64,000 nucleotides of DNA from Eledone cirrhosa (GCA_964016885.1 OZ024755.1:2604001-2668000); one strand, 5' to 3'; positions 45,745-59,421 are shown, counted from the first letter of the stretch. Numbers and translations are program-made. Notes: generated from the sequence alone by a model not told the origin.

Positions 45745-46170
45745 GTGTATATATGTGTATATATGTGTATATATGTGTGTGTGTGTCCATGCTTTATATC
45801 ATAAGTGTGTATATGTGTATATAAGTATGTTGTTCTGTGTGTTTATGGTTGTATATGTATATGTATGTATATGTAGATGTATGTGTGTGTATGTGTGTGT
45901 GTGTCCATGCTTTATATCATAAGTGTGTATATGTGTATATAAGTATGTTGTTCTGTGTGTTTATGGTTGTATATGTATATGAATGTGTATGTATATGTAT
46001 ATGTATGTGTGTGTACGTGTGTGTGTCCGTGCTTTATATCATAAGTGTGTATATATGTATATAAGTATGTTGTTCTGTGTGTGTATGGTTGTGTATCTAT
46101 ATGTATATGTGTGTTTGTGGTCGTGTTTTCTAGGATAAGTGTGTATATATGTATATAAGTATGTTCTGTG
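45745..46170. repeat. ~120-bp tandem repeat x3+
   Basis: gtgtcc(a/g)tgctttatatcataagtgtgtat...ataagtatgttgttctgtgtgt occurs three times. Confidence 0.9.
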
Positions 46171-46278
46171 CGTATTTGTGGTCGCGTGTGTATATGTATA
46201 TATGTGTATGTGTGTGTTGTATGCATATTTAATATATGGTAGCATATATACGATGGATTCCTGTATTCTCAGGCAGAT

Positions 46279-46501
46279 AATATAATATCTACATATATAT
46301 ATATATATATATATATGTAGATATTATATTCTACATATATATATATGTAGATATTATATTCTACATATATATATATGTACATATTATATTCTATATATAT
46401 ATATATATATGTAGATATTATATTCTACATATATATATATATATGTACATATTATAGTCTACATATATATATATATATATATATATGTAGATATTATATT
46501 C

Positions 46502-46535
<34 letters not shown>

Positions 46536-46572
46536 GATATTATATTCTACATATATATATATACATATATTC

Positions 46573-46580
<8 letters not shown>
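46279..46580. repeat. Palindrome-derived satellite within (TA)n
   Basis: 52-bp perfect palindrome 46279-46330, then the unit atgta(g/c)atattatattctacat about 7 times separated by (AT)n. Confidence 0.85.
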
Positions 46581-46631
<51 letters not shown>

Positions 46632-46698
46632 GTGTATCTGTCTGTTCCTGTATATATGTATTTATATACTTCAATATATGTATAATATGCTTTATTGA

Positions 46699-46751
<53 letters not shown>

Positions 46752-46832
46752 GATATTCGTATTATATATTTGTATGTCAATAACTGTATACCTGATATAC
46801 AAATATATTTAAGTATTTACAACTCACACACT

Positions 46833-46992
<160 letters not shown>

Positions 46993-47284
46993 AGTGTGTC
47001 TGTATGTGTGTGTATGTGTGTGTATGTGTGTGTATGTGTGAATGTTATCTGCTCTTTGTTATCTAAAATCAAATCTTTTGGAGACCAGTTATCTCAGGTT
47101 AAACCAACGAGATAATAATACAAATGTCATGTGTTCCAGTCCTATCCTCCTCACTTTTATAATTTCTTCTTTTTTGTTAAAGTTTTAACTCAGTTCACTT
47201 ATTTAAGTTATGTTTCTGTCACCCGTCGAGATCGATTTATTATGCAAACATATCAAGGACCTATGACTAAGATTTGGCAGAGTC

Positions 47285-47400
47285 GTTCGAATGTCGGAGA
47301 GAATGCTTTGGACACATGGTTAGAATGTCTCAGGAAAGAATGGCTGGGCAGATGTTTACGGGCAAAACCAACCGGCAGGAGAGCTAGGGGTAGACCCCGA
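47285..47400 (+). pseudogene. RTE-clade LINE C-terminal fragment
   Basis: FGHMVRMSQERMA / RCLRAKPTGRRARGRPR across a frameshift. Confidence 0.7.
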
Positions 47401-47552
47401 TCAAATATATACTTGTTTATACCTCTTCAGGTAAAATCTCAATTATTGTACCTGCTAAGGTGTTGTCGTGACCCTGTTGGGAAATCATAAGGTGATGGTT
47501 TCTGACCTATTATTATACAGGTGTTATTCATTCCAATACTTAATGGCTTTTC

Positions 47553-47834
47553 TATGAGAGTGGGCTGAACAGTTCAGCGGCTGATTATGAAAGAGTGATG
47601 TTAGGGCTGTGAAATCTTGCATGCATTAATTTCAACTCTTCTTAGTAATAATTTAATTGTTTTTTTGCCAAGTAAACTGCTATCTGACTATTCAAAGACT
47701 TTGAAAGTAACAAATAGCGACTTAGTAATAAATGGAATGTCTCTTTTTATGGACTATGTTGAAAATAAACCCTCTTTGGTCATTCCATGAGAGTATCTTG
47801 ATCAGCCAATGAACTTTTTCAGCTGACTCTCGTA
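47553..47834. mobile_element. Mariner-type MITE
   Basis: TA-bounded TIRs ta-tgagagtgggctgaacagttca..gctga / tcagccaatgaactttttcagctgactctcg-ta. Second copy at 60849. Confidence 0.8.
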
Positions 47835-48930
47835 TATTGTTTCAAATAATGTACTTGGCCAGTGTATTTCAATCTGTGACACGACTGTGTGCTCTGACTT
47901 CTACACGTTAGCAACATGATATTCTTTCAATTTGATTCACCAACCGACATTGTGGCTTCTAATAATGTTTGAAATTCAATTAAGTATTGAATTATTTCAA
48001 GAAAAAAAAGATAATTCATGTTTAATAATAATTTAGAATTAATTAAACCTCTTTTCATTTTCATTCGATAAACTACTGTTTTTTATTTGCGTGATCTTAA
48101 CCTTTACTTCTATCTATTTCTTCTTTATTCCTCTCCCTCTCCCTCTCTCTCCCTCTCTCTCTCTTACACACACTTTCACCCTCTTCCTCACGCTTCTCGT
48201 TTCTCTCCCTCTCGTTCCATCGTCTTCTTCTTCCCAAGTTCTTTCAGTCCAAACTTTAGTCTGTCATATCTTAAAAACAATAGATGGCAGAACTTGCTCT
48301 GTTACGTTTCACCACCCAACACAATTCCTTTGACGAAAGTCCAATTTTTTCGTTTATTTTTCCAGCGTCTACATATTGCACATTACATTGTAGGTCTGCT
48401 GTCTATATAATTATAGTCGTAATATTTTTTATGTATTCATCTGGGGGGAAGTTCTTTTGTTCTTTTTCTTGTTTTCTTTTTCCTTTCTTTGTTTTTGTCG
48501 AAAGACACTCATAAATTTTCCTGTCCATTCTATGTATTATTATGGTCTCAGCGGCCTTGAAATGAATTTGACAGTCAAAATAGAAAAAAAAAAAAAAAGA
48601 ATCGTGTTTTACTGGATAATGATGAGAATCTAGTTTCTTCTCCTGAGAACCGGAGACAATTTGTCAGCTGCTTAACCACCTACAGATAGTTTATCCCAAG
48701 AGGTGTCTAATATAGTCAGGTATCACACTGAATTTCTTCAGTGTTTATGTCTTGGAGACATCCCAAGAAATCATATTTTTGCTTATCCGAACTTTTTTCT
48801 TTATTCCTATATTCAAATCAGTCTTTAAGCTACATAATAAGCCTGCTGTGTTTACCTTTCTAATATTTCTATTACACACAAACATCAGATACGCATGCGC
48901 ACACATGTATATATACACACAATATTATAT

Positions 48931-48985
<55 letters not shown>

Positions 48986-48996
48986 GTGTGTGTATA

Positions 48997-49206
48997 CCCT
49001 TAACGTAGTTCTCAGGGAGATTCAGCGTGACACAGAGTGTGACAAGGCTAGCCCTGCGAATTACAGGTACAACTGATTTTTGTCAGCTGAGTGGACTGTG
49101 AAATAAAGTGTGTTGCTCAAGGACACAACACACCGCCGTGGATCGAACTCATAACCTTACGATTGTAAGCCAAACATTCTAACCACAAAGCCACAGTGCA
49201 TCTTCA
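48997..49206 (-). mobile_element. SINE family B
   Basis: Minus strand tggctttgtggttagaatg...gagttcgatcc...ttgtgtccttgagcaacacactttatttcac. Its tail also appears at ~31562-31615. Confidence 0.85.
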
Positions 49207-49282
49207 TACACACATACATATACATATACATATATATATAAGTAAATGTATATATATATATAATGTATATATATATAAGTAA

Positions 49283-49373
<91 letters not shown>

Positions 49374-49395
49374 TAAATGTATATATATATATATA

Positions 49396-49461
<66 letters not shown>

Positions 49462-50014
49462 CAAACGCACAGGATCTCTCGTTGAATAAAGCTTTATTTC
49501 GTTTCTTTTTATTTTAATATACGCAATATCATTTTTTAATCCTTATTTAAAAGACTGAAAAGACAGATAATATAAACAGCAAAAAATATATACATAGGAA
49601 AGAAATATATAAAAACACACAATCTGAACAGTCACGTGATTATCTTTCGATATCGTAAAAGAAGAGAGAAATGGTGGGATGTAGAGAATTGGCGGAACAG
49701 CCGGAATAGAAAATCAAATAAGCAGACAATGTGTTTTATAAATCAGGAAAAAAAAGTAAGTAAAATTATAATGGAAGATTATTTGAATAAATGAAGCATT
49801 TAAGTTTACTAATGACTAAATATTGAGTCAATTTCTATGAGAGGTTTTGAACTACGTTAACAAGGAACAAAAGATGAAAGTTCAGGTCATTAGAACAACT
49901 TAGCTTGGAGGAGAATATAGATGTTTGTATAAAGTAGATCGACGTACGTGAACCATTTTCTTATTTGTCTATTTTATCTCGTCTCTTCTCTCGCTCCCTC
50001 TCCCTCTCCCTCTC

Positions 50015-50097
<83 letters not shown>

Positions 50098-50478
50098 TGT
50101 TCTTGCTTTTGTTTCTTAATTATAACGGGTATTAGATACCATTCGCAGTCTGTCATGGTTTACCAGCTCTACGCGGACATTTAAATTGATTAAATAATTG
50201 AATTAATAAACAGTGTAATTATAGACTATCCTAACTAGATACGTAATTGCTGAGAGTGTACAACGATTCAACAGGTAGTCGGTGCTATGGGAGTTATATA
50301 AATAAGATTCCAGCTATCAGCACCATCATCATCATTACCTAACCATCATCATCAACATCATTCCCGTCACCATCATCATCACCATCATTCCAGCCATCAT
50401 CATCATCATTATCATTCCAACCACCATCATCATCACCATCATCATCAACAACATTCCCGCCGCCATCATCATCATACA

Positions 50479-50544
<66 letters not shown>

Positions 50545-50850
50545 TACCATATTAGCCATCATATTATACAGTACATACAGTTATGTAATAACAGATATTT
50601 TTAGACTGTGATTCATATCAACTTTTGCTAATATTGGTTTCGTTAGTTAGTCTTGTTGTTGTTGTAGCAGTTTATATACACTTTAATGATATAGTTGTTA
50701 TTGGTGCTGTGGTAGATATTTTTTGTTGTTGTTTATATAAGTTTTGTTGTAATGATATAGTTGTTGTTGGTGTTGTGGCAATTGTTTGACCCAAAGAGAT
50801 GTGAAACAAAAGGTCAGTAAAATCACATCTGGAACCCATAAATATCCCAT

Positions 50851-51008
50851 TGTGGGTTTAAGTGATATACGATATATGGGGTGTGATATGTGACCACTAG
50901 ATATTTATATAACTGTGTGAATTGGACCGTGTGGGTTTAATTGATATACGATATATGGGGTGTGATATGTGACCACTAGATATTTATATAACTGTGTGAA
51001 TTGGACCG
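50851..51008. repeat. 79-bp tandem duplication
   Basis: 50851-50929 and 50930-51008 differ at one base. Confidence 0.95.
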
Positions 51009-51998
51009 ATTCCTCCACAGAATGTCATCACTGAAGATGGAATTCGATCCAAGGCTTTTTGTTTTGTTTTGTGCTTTTGTTTTCTATTGGCAACTGGTTA
51101 ATCTATAAAACTTAGCGAAAGTCAGATCTTTAGTAGTGTTGAGCAGGATTTGCTAAAAACATTGGATGTTGGTAGTGTTAGAATGGTGGCACAGCGATTT
51201 TATAGTGGCTCTGGTGGCTGTGGTGGTTGAACTGGCAGTAGAGGCATTTTAAGTCGTAGTTGTTGCTTGAAGACAATCGATTCCACTGCGGTATGGAATT
51301 TGGTAGTTCTGCTGTAAAATTGCAGACGTTTTGTCTGTTCTATGTTCTTCTGATGCTTGTTTACAATAATAACTGGATGACGGATGTGGGTGGGTGGGTG
51401 GAAGTTATGAAGAAATTAATGGAATGGATGGAAGGATTGATGGAAAGACTGGTGGAATGGTGGATGGTTGGATGGAGAGATGGAAAAAAGGAGAGGAAGA
51501 GTGTAAACAATTGGTGTTAGGGTGGGAAAGAATTGTGGATAAAAGGTATTTAGTTATGGGAAGAAGTGATAGTGGCAATGATGAGAAATAGACAGTGGTA
51601 AGTTGAAATAGAAAGAAGTATGGAGACATTAGTGGTGAGAGGTGGTAGGAGGAAGTGGAGAAGATAGAGTGGTTGTAAAGAGGTGGAAAGAGACAACGAT
51701 AGAGAAAGAAGCTAAAGAAAAATAATATGAGCCATATTGTTTTATGGATTATATATATATATGTGTGTGTGTGTGTGTACGTGTGCGTGTGTGTGTGATT
51801 GTGTCTGTGTGGGGTGTGTCTGTGTGTGTTTGTGGTGTGTGTGTCTGCGTGTGTTTATGTGTACAAAGAGAAAGAGAGAGGTCAAAGAATCATTTTTTTT
51901 AATGGAAATAAATAAATTACCAAATATAGAAACGAAAAAGTCAGTGAGAAGTTATCTATGTTCAGCTATATATATATATATTTCTATGCATGTATGTA

Positions 51999-52030
<32 letters not shown>

Positions 52031-52033
<3 letters not shown>

Positions 52034-52204
52034 CAAAGGAATTGTGGTAAGGAACCAGATGGACCATAACGCACCAGAGTACTCAATACTTAGGGCAGTA
52101 GAGTGGGAAATAGGAAAAAGTATGACCTCGACGGCAGAGCTCAAGCAGTTTCCAGAAATCGCCGTCGAAATGGCTTGAGCTCTGCCGTCGGGGTCATACT
52201 TTTT

Positions 52205-52209
<5 letters not shown>
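52031..52209. mobile_element. Asymmetric hairpin element copy 2, in (TA)n
   Basis: Same extension as copy 1. 43-bp arms 52110-52152 / 52167-52209 with 3 mismatches. Confidence 0.9.
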
Positions 52210-52243
<34 letters not shown>

Positions 52244-52256
<13 letters not shown>

Positions 52257-52503
52257 CATATATACACATACATTATGTTCTTCTGTTAATACATATCTCG
52301 TTCATATATGATCCATCAAATACGCACATATGCCTTACATATACATCAAATACGCATATATTTATATATGTATATATTATATACGCACATATACATTCAA
52401 ACTCACGTACATAACACAAACACATAGAAATATATATACATAGAGAAATATATATACATAGAAATATATATGTACATAGAAATATATATATATATATACA
52501 TAG

Positions 52504-52545
<42 letters not shown>

Positions 52546-52805
52546 CTATGTATATATATATATATATTTCTATGTACATATATATTTCTATGTATATATA
52601 TTTCTCTATGTATATATATTTCTATGTGTTTGTGTTATGTACGTGAGTTTGAATGTATATGTGCGTATATAATATATACATATATAAATATATGCGTATT
52701 TGATGTATATGTAAGGCATATGTGCGTATTTGATGGATCATATATGAACGAGATATGTATTAACAGAAGAACATAATGTATGTGTATATATGTATGTATA
52801 TATAT
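52244..52805. repeat. 562-bp perfect palindrome centred on (TA)n
   Basis: Axis at 52524/52525. g52503 pairs with c52546 and c52271 with g52778 in constant register. Confidence 0.92.
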
Positions 52806-52968
52806 GCATATGTGTATATATATATATACATATATGTATATATGTATATATGTGTGTAGGGGGTGTTATATCTGAAAGGGAGATCGTGATAGAGAGAGGG
52901 GGAGAAAAGAAGGCAGTGATATTTAAAGGATTCAGAATATATCAACGTAACTGTGTCTCTTTGTTGAA

Positions 52969-53083
52969 AGGACGTGGCTTAGTGGTTAGAGTATTGGATA
53001 CATTATATTGAGGTTGTCAGTTCGATTCCTCAACCGGGCGATAAGTTATGTCCTTCAGCAATACACTTTATTTCACGTTCAGC
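52969..53083 (+). mobile_element. SINE family B 5' part
   Basis: gtggcttagtggttagag...gttcgattcc...tgtccttcagcaatacactttatttcacgtt. Confidence 0.8.
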
Positions 53084-53091
53084 TTTCTGTC

Positions 53092-53120
53092 AGTAGTAGT
53101 AGTAGTAGTAGTAGTAGTGC

Positions 53121-53212
<92 letters not shown>

Positions 53213-53213
53213 C

Positions 53214-53279
<66 letters not shown>

Positions 53280-53443
53280 AAGTAGTACTAGTAGTAGTAG
53301 TAGTAGTAGTATAGTAGTAGTATAGTAGTAGTGGTGGTGTGGTGGTGGTGGTGGTGGTGGTGGTGGTGGTGGTGGTGGTGGTGGTGGTGGTGGTGGTGGT
53401 GGTGGTGGTGGTGGTGGTGGTGGTGGTGGTGGTGGTGGTGGTA

Positions 53444-53513
<70 letters not shown>

Positions 53514-53521
53514 TATCAGTG

Positions 53522-53578
<57 letters not shown>
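53092..53578. repeat. (GTA)n/(GTG)n field
   Basis: Visible. Confidence 0.95.
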
Positions 53579-54007
53579 TAGAGGTGGCTGTAGTTATGGT
53601 GGTAGCAAGAGATTGGTTGCCTGACGGTGATTACAATAAATCTGCTGTTTGCTGTCACGAAACAAACATATATATATATGGAGGAGGTTATAGTTCACTT
53701 GAAGCATTGTGTAATGAGGTATAAACGTTTGAATATGTATAATAAAGCCAAAACAATGCAGGTATGGACATAGAAAAAAGAATGCAATTGCAAAAGATAT
53801 TGTTGACAATTCGTCTTTTACCTTAGATTTAAATGTCCTTAATTTTCGAGATAACATCTCTTCTTCAGAGGGAAATAAAGGTCTCAAACCAGCGTTCTAA
53901 ATATCTTGCCAAGCCATGCTGACAGGAAATGTATATGTATAAATATATATACTGTATATATATATACTGTATAAATATATATACTGTATATATAGACAGA
54001 TAGATAT

Positions 54008-54390
54008 GTTTCTTTATTAGCCACAGGGGCACAAAAGAAGGGGACAAATACAAAGGGGGGAAGTTTACATACAATAAAAACATGTAAAATACTATCACAA
54101 ATGCAATTTAAAAATTAGTCGATTTTCCCCAATAGGGGGAGACAGTTCATATGGGTAACACATACCCCCCGAAAAAATGTGCAACCGTCATCTCCAGGAG
54201 TACGAAGAGTGAGTACCCTTTCCTCTCTTCCTCTTTTTCCTCAACCTACAGGCTGATATAGAGAGAAGGCCCATTCACTGGGGCCATTCTCGCCACTTTC
54301 ACCCACCTTTCATAAAACTTGCTGGGGTACAGCACCTCTCTCTCCATCCTGACTCTTCTTCCAAAGTGGTACTTGAAAAAAAGAATCAGT
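54008..54390 (-). mobile_element. Tx1/L1-clade LINE 3' end in (GATA)n
   Basis: Minus strand LILFFKYHFGRRVRMEREVLYPSKFYERWVKVARMAPVNGPSL, then a 3' UTR ending gtggctaataaagaaac. GATA repeats on both sides. Confidence 0.7.
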
Positions 54391-54391
54391 T

Positions 54392-54474
<83 letters not shown>

Positions 54475-54912
54475 TGCATATAGACACACACACAGTCACA
54501 CATATATATGTGCGTGTGTGTGTAGCTGTGTGTATGTGTGTGTAGCTGTGTGTATGTGTGTGTAGAAACCTATTAGGTTAAAGCTCAGATAATTATCTCA
54601 ATATTTTGATGGACAAATGAGGAAATGATTTTACAATAATGTTACTTCTCTCTCTCTCTCTCTTTCTCTCTCCCTTCTTTCTCTCTCTCTCTCTCTCTCC
54701 CTCTGTCTCCCCCTTCTTTCTCTCTCGTTCCCTTCTTTCTCCTGTTTTCTCTCTCTCACCATTCTCTCTCTCCTCTTTCTCTCTCACCCACCTCTCTGTC
54801 TCTCCCCTCCTTCGCCCATCTCCTCTCTTTCTCACCCTCTCTCCTCCAGCCATCTCTCTTTCTCCCCCTCTCTCCTCCACCTTTCTCTCTCTCATTCCCT
54901 CTCAAACTCTCA

Positions 54913-54966
<54 letters not shown>

Positions 54967-55034
54967 TCTCCCTCCCTCTTCCTTTCCCTCTCTCTCCCCC
55001 TCCAGTATACTCAAGCCCTTATATATATATATAT

Positions 55035-55312
55035 ATGTAAATATGTAAGTATGTATACGCACATACATATATGTATACAGACGTACAGTAGTATGTATAT
55101 ATATACATACATGCACACATATATATATGTACGTATCGGTTTACCGAACATTTATTATAATGCTCGGTTTGTTTGTAAACATTATAATAAATGTTCGGTA
55201 AACCGATACGTACATATATATATATGTGTGCATGTATGTATATATATATATACATACTACTGTACGTCTGCATACATATATGTATTACGTATACATACTT
55301 ACATATTTACAT
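55035..55312. repeat. Inverted repeat, ~130-bp arms, 17-nt spacer
   Basis: 55035-55162 vs 55180-55312, few mismatches and indels. Confidence 0.9.
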
Positions 55313-55624
55313 TTAACTAACTGCTGTACTAAGAGTGAGAAATGAAATTTCGTTTCATTCTATTCCATTTTTATATATAGTTTCCTATTTGATTAGTCAG
55401 GATATTCTTACCAATTTCTCCTCCACTGGTGTCTACGACAATTCTGAGAAATGGTGTCACATTTCTCTGATGCTTCCATCCGAGATTACAAACTTTAACT
55501 AAATACTTTTTTACTTCTTGACTTACATATACACACACAGACACACAGACACAATCAGTCAGAGGTACATGCACACACAGACACACACAGACGAATGTAT
55601 ATGTATACACACACACACACACAT

Positions 55625-55684
<60 letters not shown>

Positions 55685-55975
55685 GCGATGTGTTTCTGTC
55701 AGTGTGTTCTAACTTAATATATACACTCGAGACCCAAATCTAAATATCTCGATGCAGATAGCATCCTATACAATGAGCAACGTTGCAGCTTTAAAGAATG
55801 GTGCTACAAGAATAGTTTAATATACCGTATACATTCAAAAGCCAGAGGAATGTGAAGAAAATATGAGATATGAATAATGACAGCTACCAGATTACGTAAG
55901 GACTCTCCCAATATACTTTATATAACACCCTTTAACCCAACAATTAAATTATACTTAATATAATTAGGATTGTAC

Positions 55976-56213
55976 AAAGTTGACACAGAGGAGACTGAGG
56001 TTAGCTGGACATGCTCACCGACATCCAGAGTTGACATTGCACTCAGTGCCCCTACATGGACACACTGGAAGAGGAAGATCAAGGTTAACGTATGTTGATG
56101 CCCTAAGGACAGACACTGGTCTGTTGGAGACGCGGGACATGGCAGCGATAATGAGGGACAGAGACCGCTGGAGAGAACTCGTTCATGGATCTCGGGAATT
56201 TTCCTGCCCTAGA
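55976..56213 (+). mobile_element. RTE-clade LINE 3' end, same family as 23190
   Basis: TQRRLRLAGHAHRHPELTLHSV..HGHTGRGRSRLTYVDALRTDTG...RDRDRWRELV. Confidence 0.92.
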
Positions 56214-56228
56214 TATTTATATATATAT

Positions 56229-56550
56229 ATAGGAAAAGGTTCAGGAACCCGACGGCAGAGCTCAAGCCGTTTCGACGGCTATATCTGGGCCTCTAAAGTC
56301 AACTTTACCCTTTCTAATCCCTGGATCGATATCTAATCTATCTGTCTTCTACTGATGGATAATTATTCTTTTTCACTCACCACTTCTCTCATATTCTCTC
56401 TGAAAAAGAGATCCCCACTATAAGACTGTTAAGGGAGTCCAGATATAGCCCTCGAAACGGCTTGAGCTCTGTCGTCGGGGTCCTGAACATTTTCCTATTA
56501 CTCTGGTGCGTTATGGTCCACCTGGTTCCTTACCACACTTCCTTCGCTAT
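56229..56550. mobile_element. Asymmetric hairpin element copy 4 (opposite orientation) with 150-nt loop
   Basis: ~60-bp arms 56229-56288 / 56439-56498 (4 mismatches) and ~50-nt extension on the right. Loop matches the reverse complement of 58053-58181. Confidence 0.88.
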
Positions 56551-57611
56551 ATATATATATATATATATATATAAATATATAATAAGGAAAATGCGATGTT
56601 CAGTGTAGAGGTTAAAAAGTCCTTTATTAATAAAGCTGTGATACATATTTCCATGACCATTGTGGCTACGTGATTGTTCAACCACGTAACCTGTCACGTG
56701 ATATCATCAAACATCATCTTTATGTAATAAGATTACGTTTCCGAGGTCAACCAATCTAAAGACAAGGGCACAGACAGAAATCATGTTTTCAAAGCTGAAG
56801 TCCGTTTCCTCATTACATTGCATATATTATACTCTTGCTTCCAATGTATATTATACTCAAAGAATGACTCTCTGCGCTGTTATTCAATGTTCTGAAATGA
56901 GGTGCCAAATCTTAAACATTTATGAATATACTGGATACAGTAATTATGTAAAGTTGACAAAGATAAACGTGTTTAGCATGTGGACAGTATGTGAAAATAA
57001 TGACTAACCCCTAAAGCTGTAAGGTTTATTTTCCCAAATATACAAATATAATGCAATAGTATTGTTTAACAATACTTCACGTTGAAACACATTACAGAAA
57101 CAAGAAATATAATAATGACAACAATAAGCCAAGATTATTGGTAATAATAGAAACTAACGTTATCTCTGTTGTTCACTCCACATGCAAAAGTAAGTCATGT
57201 AAACATAACAGAGAAATATTTTATGTGCAATATAACAGTAACGGCTTAAAGGAGAACGCGTTGGTGGAATTAAAATAATATTGTCATCTCATATGACATT
57301 CACGTCAGCATAGTTTTTGAAATAGTACCAAACAACAATATAGGAGAACAAGCGTATTTAATGATATTCCGATAAGTTTTGACAGGTCTTATAACCTTCA
57401 TAAAGTTAAGCATCCGGTAGATAAACACTATAAATGTCATCCATTAAATATAAACCGCAGAGGACAATCAAAGAGAGGTGAAAACATAGAAAGAATGAAG
57501 AAAAGGGATGGGTCCATTGTTTAATGTGGCACTAAATACAACACTAGACTCAGCCATTGACAATTAGGATCGGAAGGACAAACATATTCATATATTTACC
57601 ACTCACACACA

Positions 57612-57648
<37 letters not shown>

Positions 57649-57651
<3 letters not shown>

Positions 57652-57855
57652 CGAAGGAAATATGGTAAGGAACCAGATGGACCATAACGCACCAAAGTAC
57701 TCAATACTTAGGGTAGTAGAGTGGGTAATAGGAACAAGTATGACCCCGACGGCAGAGCTCAAGCCGTTTCGACGGCTAATTCTGGACTCAGAAGTAGTGA
57801 GTTCAGAATTAGCCGTCGAAACGGCTTGAGCTCTGCCGTCGGGGTCATACTTGTT

Positions 57856-57860
<5 letters not shown>
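57649..57860. mobile_element. Asymmetric hairpin element copy 3, in (TA)n
   Basis: 63-bp arms 57728-57790 / 57798-57860, one mismatch, loop gaagtag. Confidence 0.9.
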
Positions 57861-57923
<63 letters not shown>

Positions 57924-57943
57924 CACTGTTTGTACTGCGATCT

Positions 57944-57977
<34 letters not shown>

Positions 57978-57979
57978 AA

Positions 57980-58034
<55 letters not shown>

Positions 58035-58134
58035 GAAGCAAGTTTGTTTTGAAACAGTCTTATAGTGGGAATCTCTCTTTGAGAGAGAGAGGTGGTATGT
58101 GAAAAAGAATAAGTATCCATCAATAGAAGACAGA

Positions 58135-58392
58135 TTCGATATCGACCCAAGGAGTAGAAAAGGTAAAGTTGCCTTTAGAGGTTATTGAACTCAAAGCATG
58201 GATAACCGAAACAAACAACGGTATCCCTGTTACGTGGCCACCTTCTAGATACATGTAGCATGGTAAACTTTGTAGTAGATCCTTTTACAGTCCCTAACAT
58301 AAAGTAGTACTGAAGAACTGAGGTTGCTTTAATCAATTTTTCACTTCCCTCAAATTTGCTGACCTTGTGCCTCAACTGGAAATCAATATTAG
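58135..58392. mobile_element. Two old head-to-head SINE family A relics
   Basis: atcgacccaagg..aaaggtaaagttgcc..ttgaactca (minus) and gaccttgtgcctcaactggaaatcaatatt (plus). Confidence 0.5.
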
Positions 58393-59290
58393 AAGTAAAT
58401 ATACTATTACACCTATGAACTCAAGAGTAGAATTTGAGTTCAAATTTGCAGTAGGCGTTTCGTTGTGTAGTTTAGGCAGAGCCAATGTCCCATAGTACAC
58501 TATCGATATGGTTCATTTCCGGTTGTAGTTAAAATGGAAAAATAGTTGAAGCACACACTTCACGAGAAACAAAACAAAAAAAAAAAGAACATAACATAAA
58601 ACAAAAACGTTACCTCTCTTATAGAACACAACTGCACAGTATTCTGCACTATTGCACAATTTCCTACGATGTATTGGTGCGGTGCACCATAGCAAAGTTC
58701 CATAATCGAGGACAAACGAATCAGCGATATGTTAGTCATTCAATCATGACCAACATGGCGTATTGAAAGGTTAAGTTTTCGCTGCCACTCTTCTAACGTT
58801 TGCAGCATATTTCTGCAGTCCTGCACAACAACAAATCACTCATGCGATCTATACATTCACATCATTTATCCATTCATTTATTATTCATTCAGTTTTATAT
58901 TCTTGCCTGCTTTCTTGATAAACTTAGCGTCTATTTTTTCTACCTTCTTTGCATTATTTCTTTCTTACTTCCGTTTCTCTTTCTTCCTCCTTTCCTCCCT
59001 TCTCTTCTTCCTTCTATTTATCTGTATCTATCTTTTTAGTTTTTCTTCCTGACTTCATTTCCTTCTATCTTTCTTACTAGTGAACACTTATTTTTATGTG
59101 CAAACCCTGTCTTCGTCATAAATATATATACACATGTATGTATGAGTGTGTGTATGTATGTGTATGTATCTGTGTGTGTATGTGTGTGTAACTGGTTGTA
59201 CATATGCACGCATGTATTTGTGTGTGTTCGTGTGTTTGTGTATAAAATTAAAGCAGGACAGAGCGTATATTTGAAGATGTAATATATATA

Positions 59291-59421
59291 TAACTGTTTC
59301 TACTTTCGGCACAAGGCCAGCAATTATCCAGTACATTACTGGTACTTTATTTTATCCCGTAAGGATGAAAGGCAAAGTTGACCTTGGCGGGATTTGAACT
59401 CAGAATAGACGGGGCCGTAAT
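59291..59421 (-). mobile_element. SINE family A, internally deleted subfamily
   Basis: Shares the taactgtttctact end and the gccagcaatta(c/t)ccagt deletion junction with 5131-5234. Confidence 0.85.

Noticed and set aside
56425-56470. Hammerhead within the hairpin family (ctgttaaggg...ccctcgaaac)
   Set aside because: The ctgtt part belongs to the captured loop, CUGANGA is absent, and no NUH triplet closes stem III after GAAAC.
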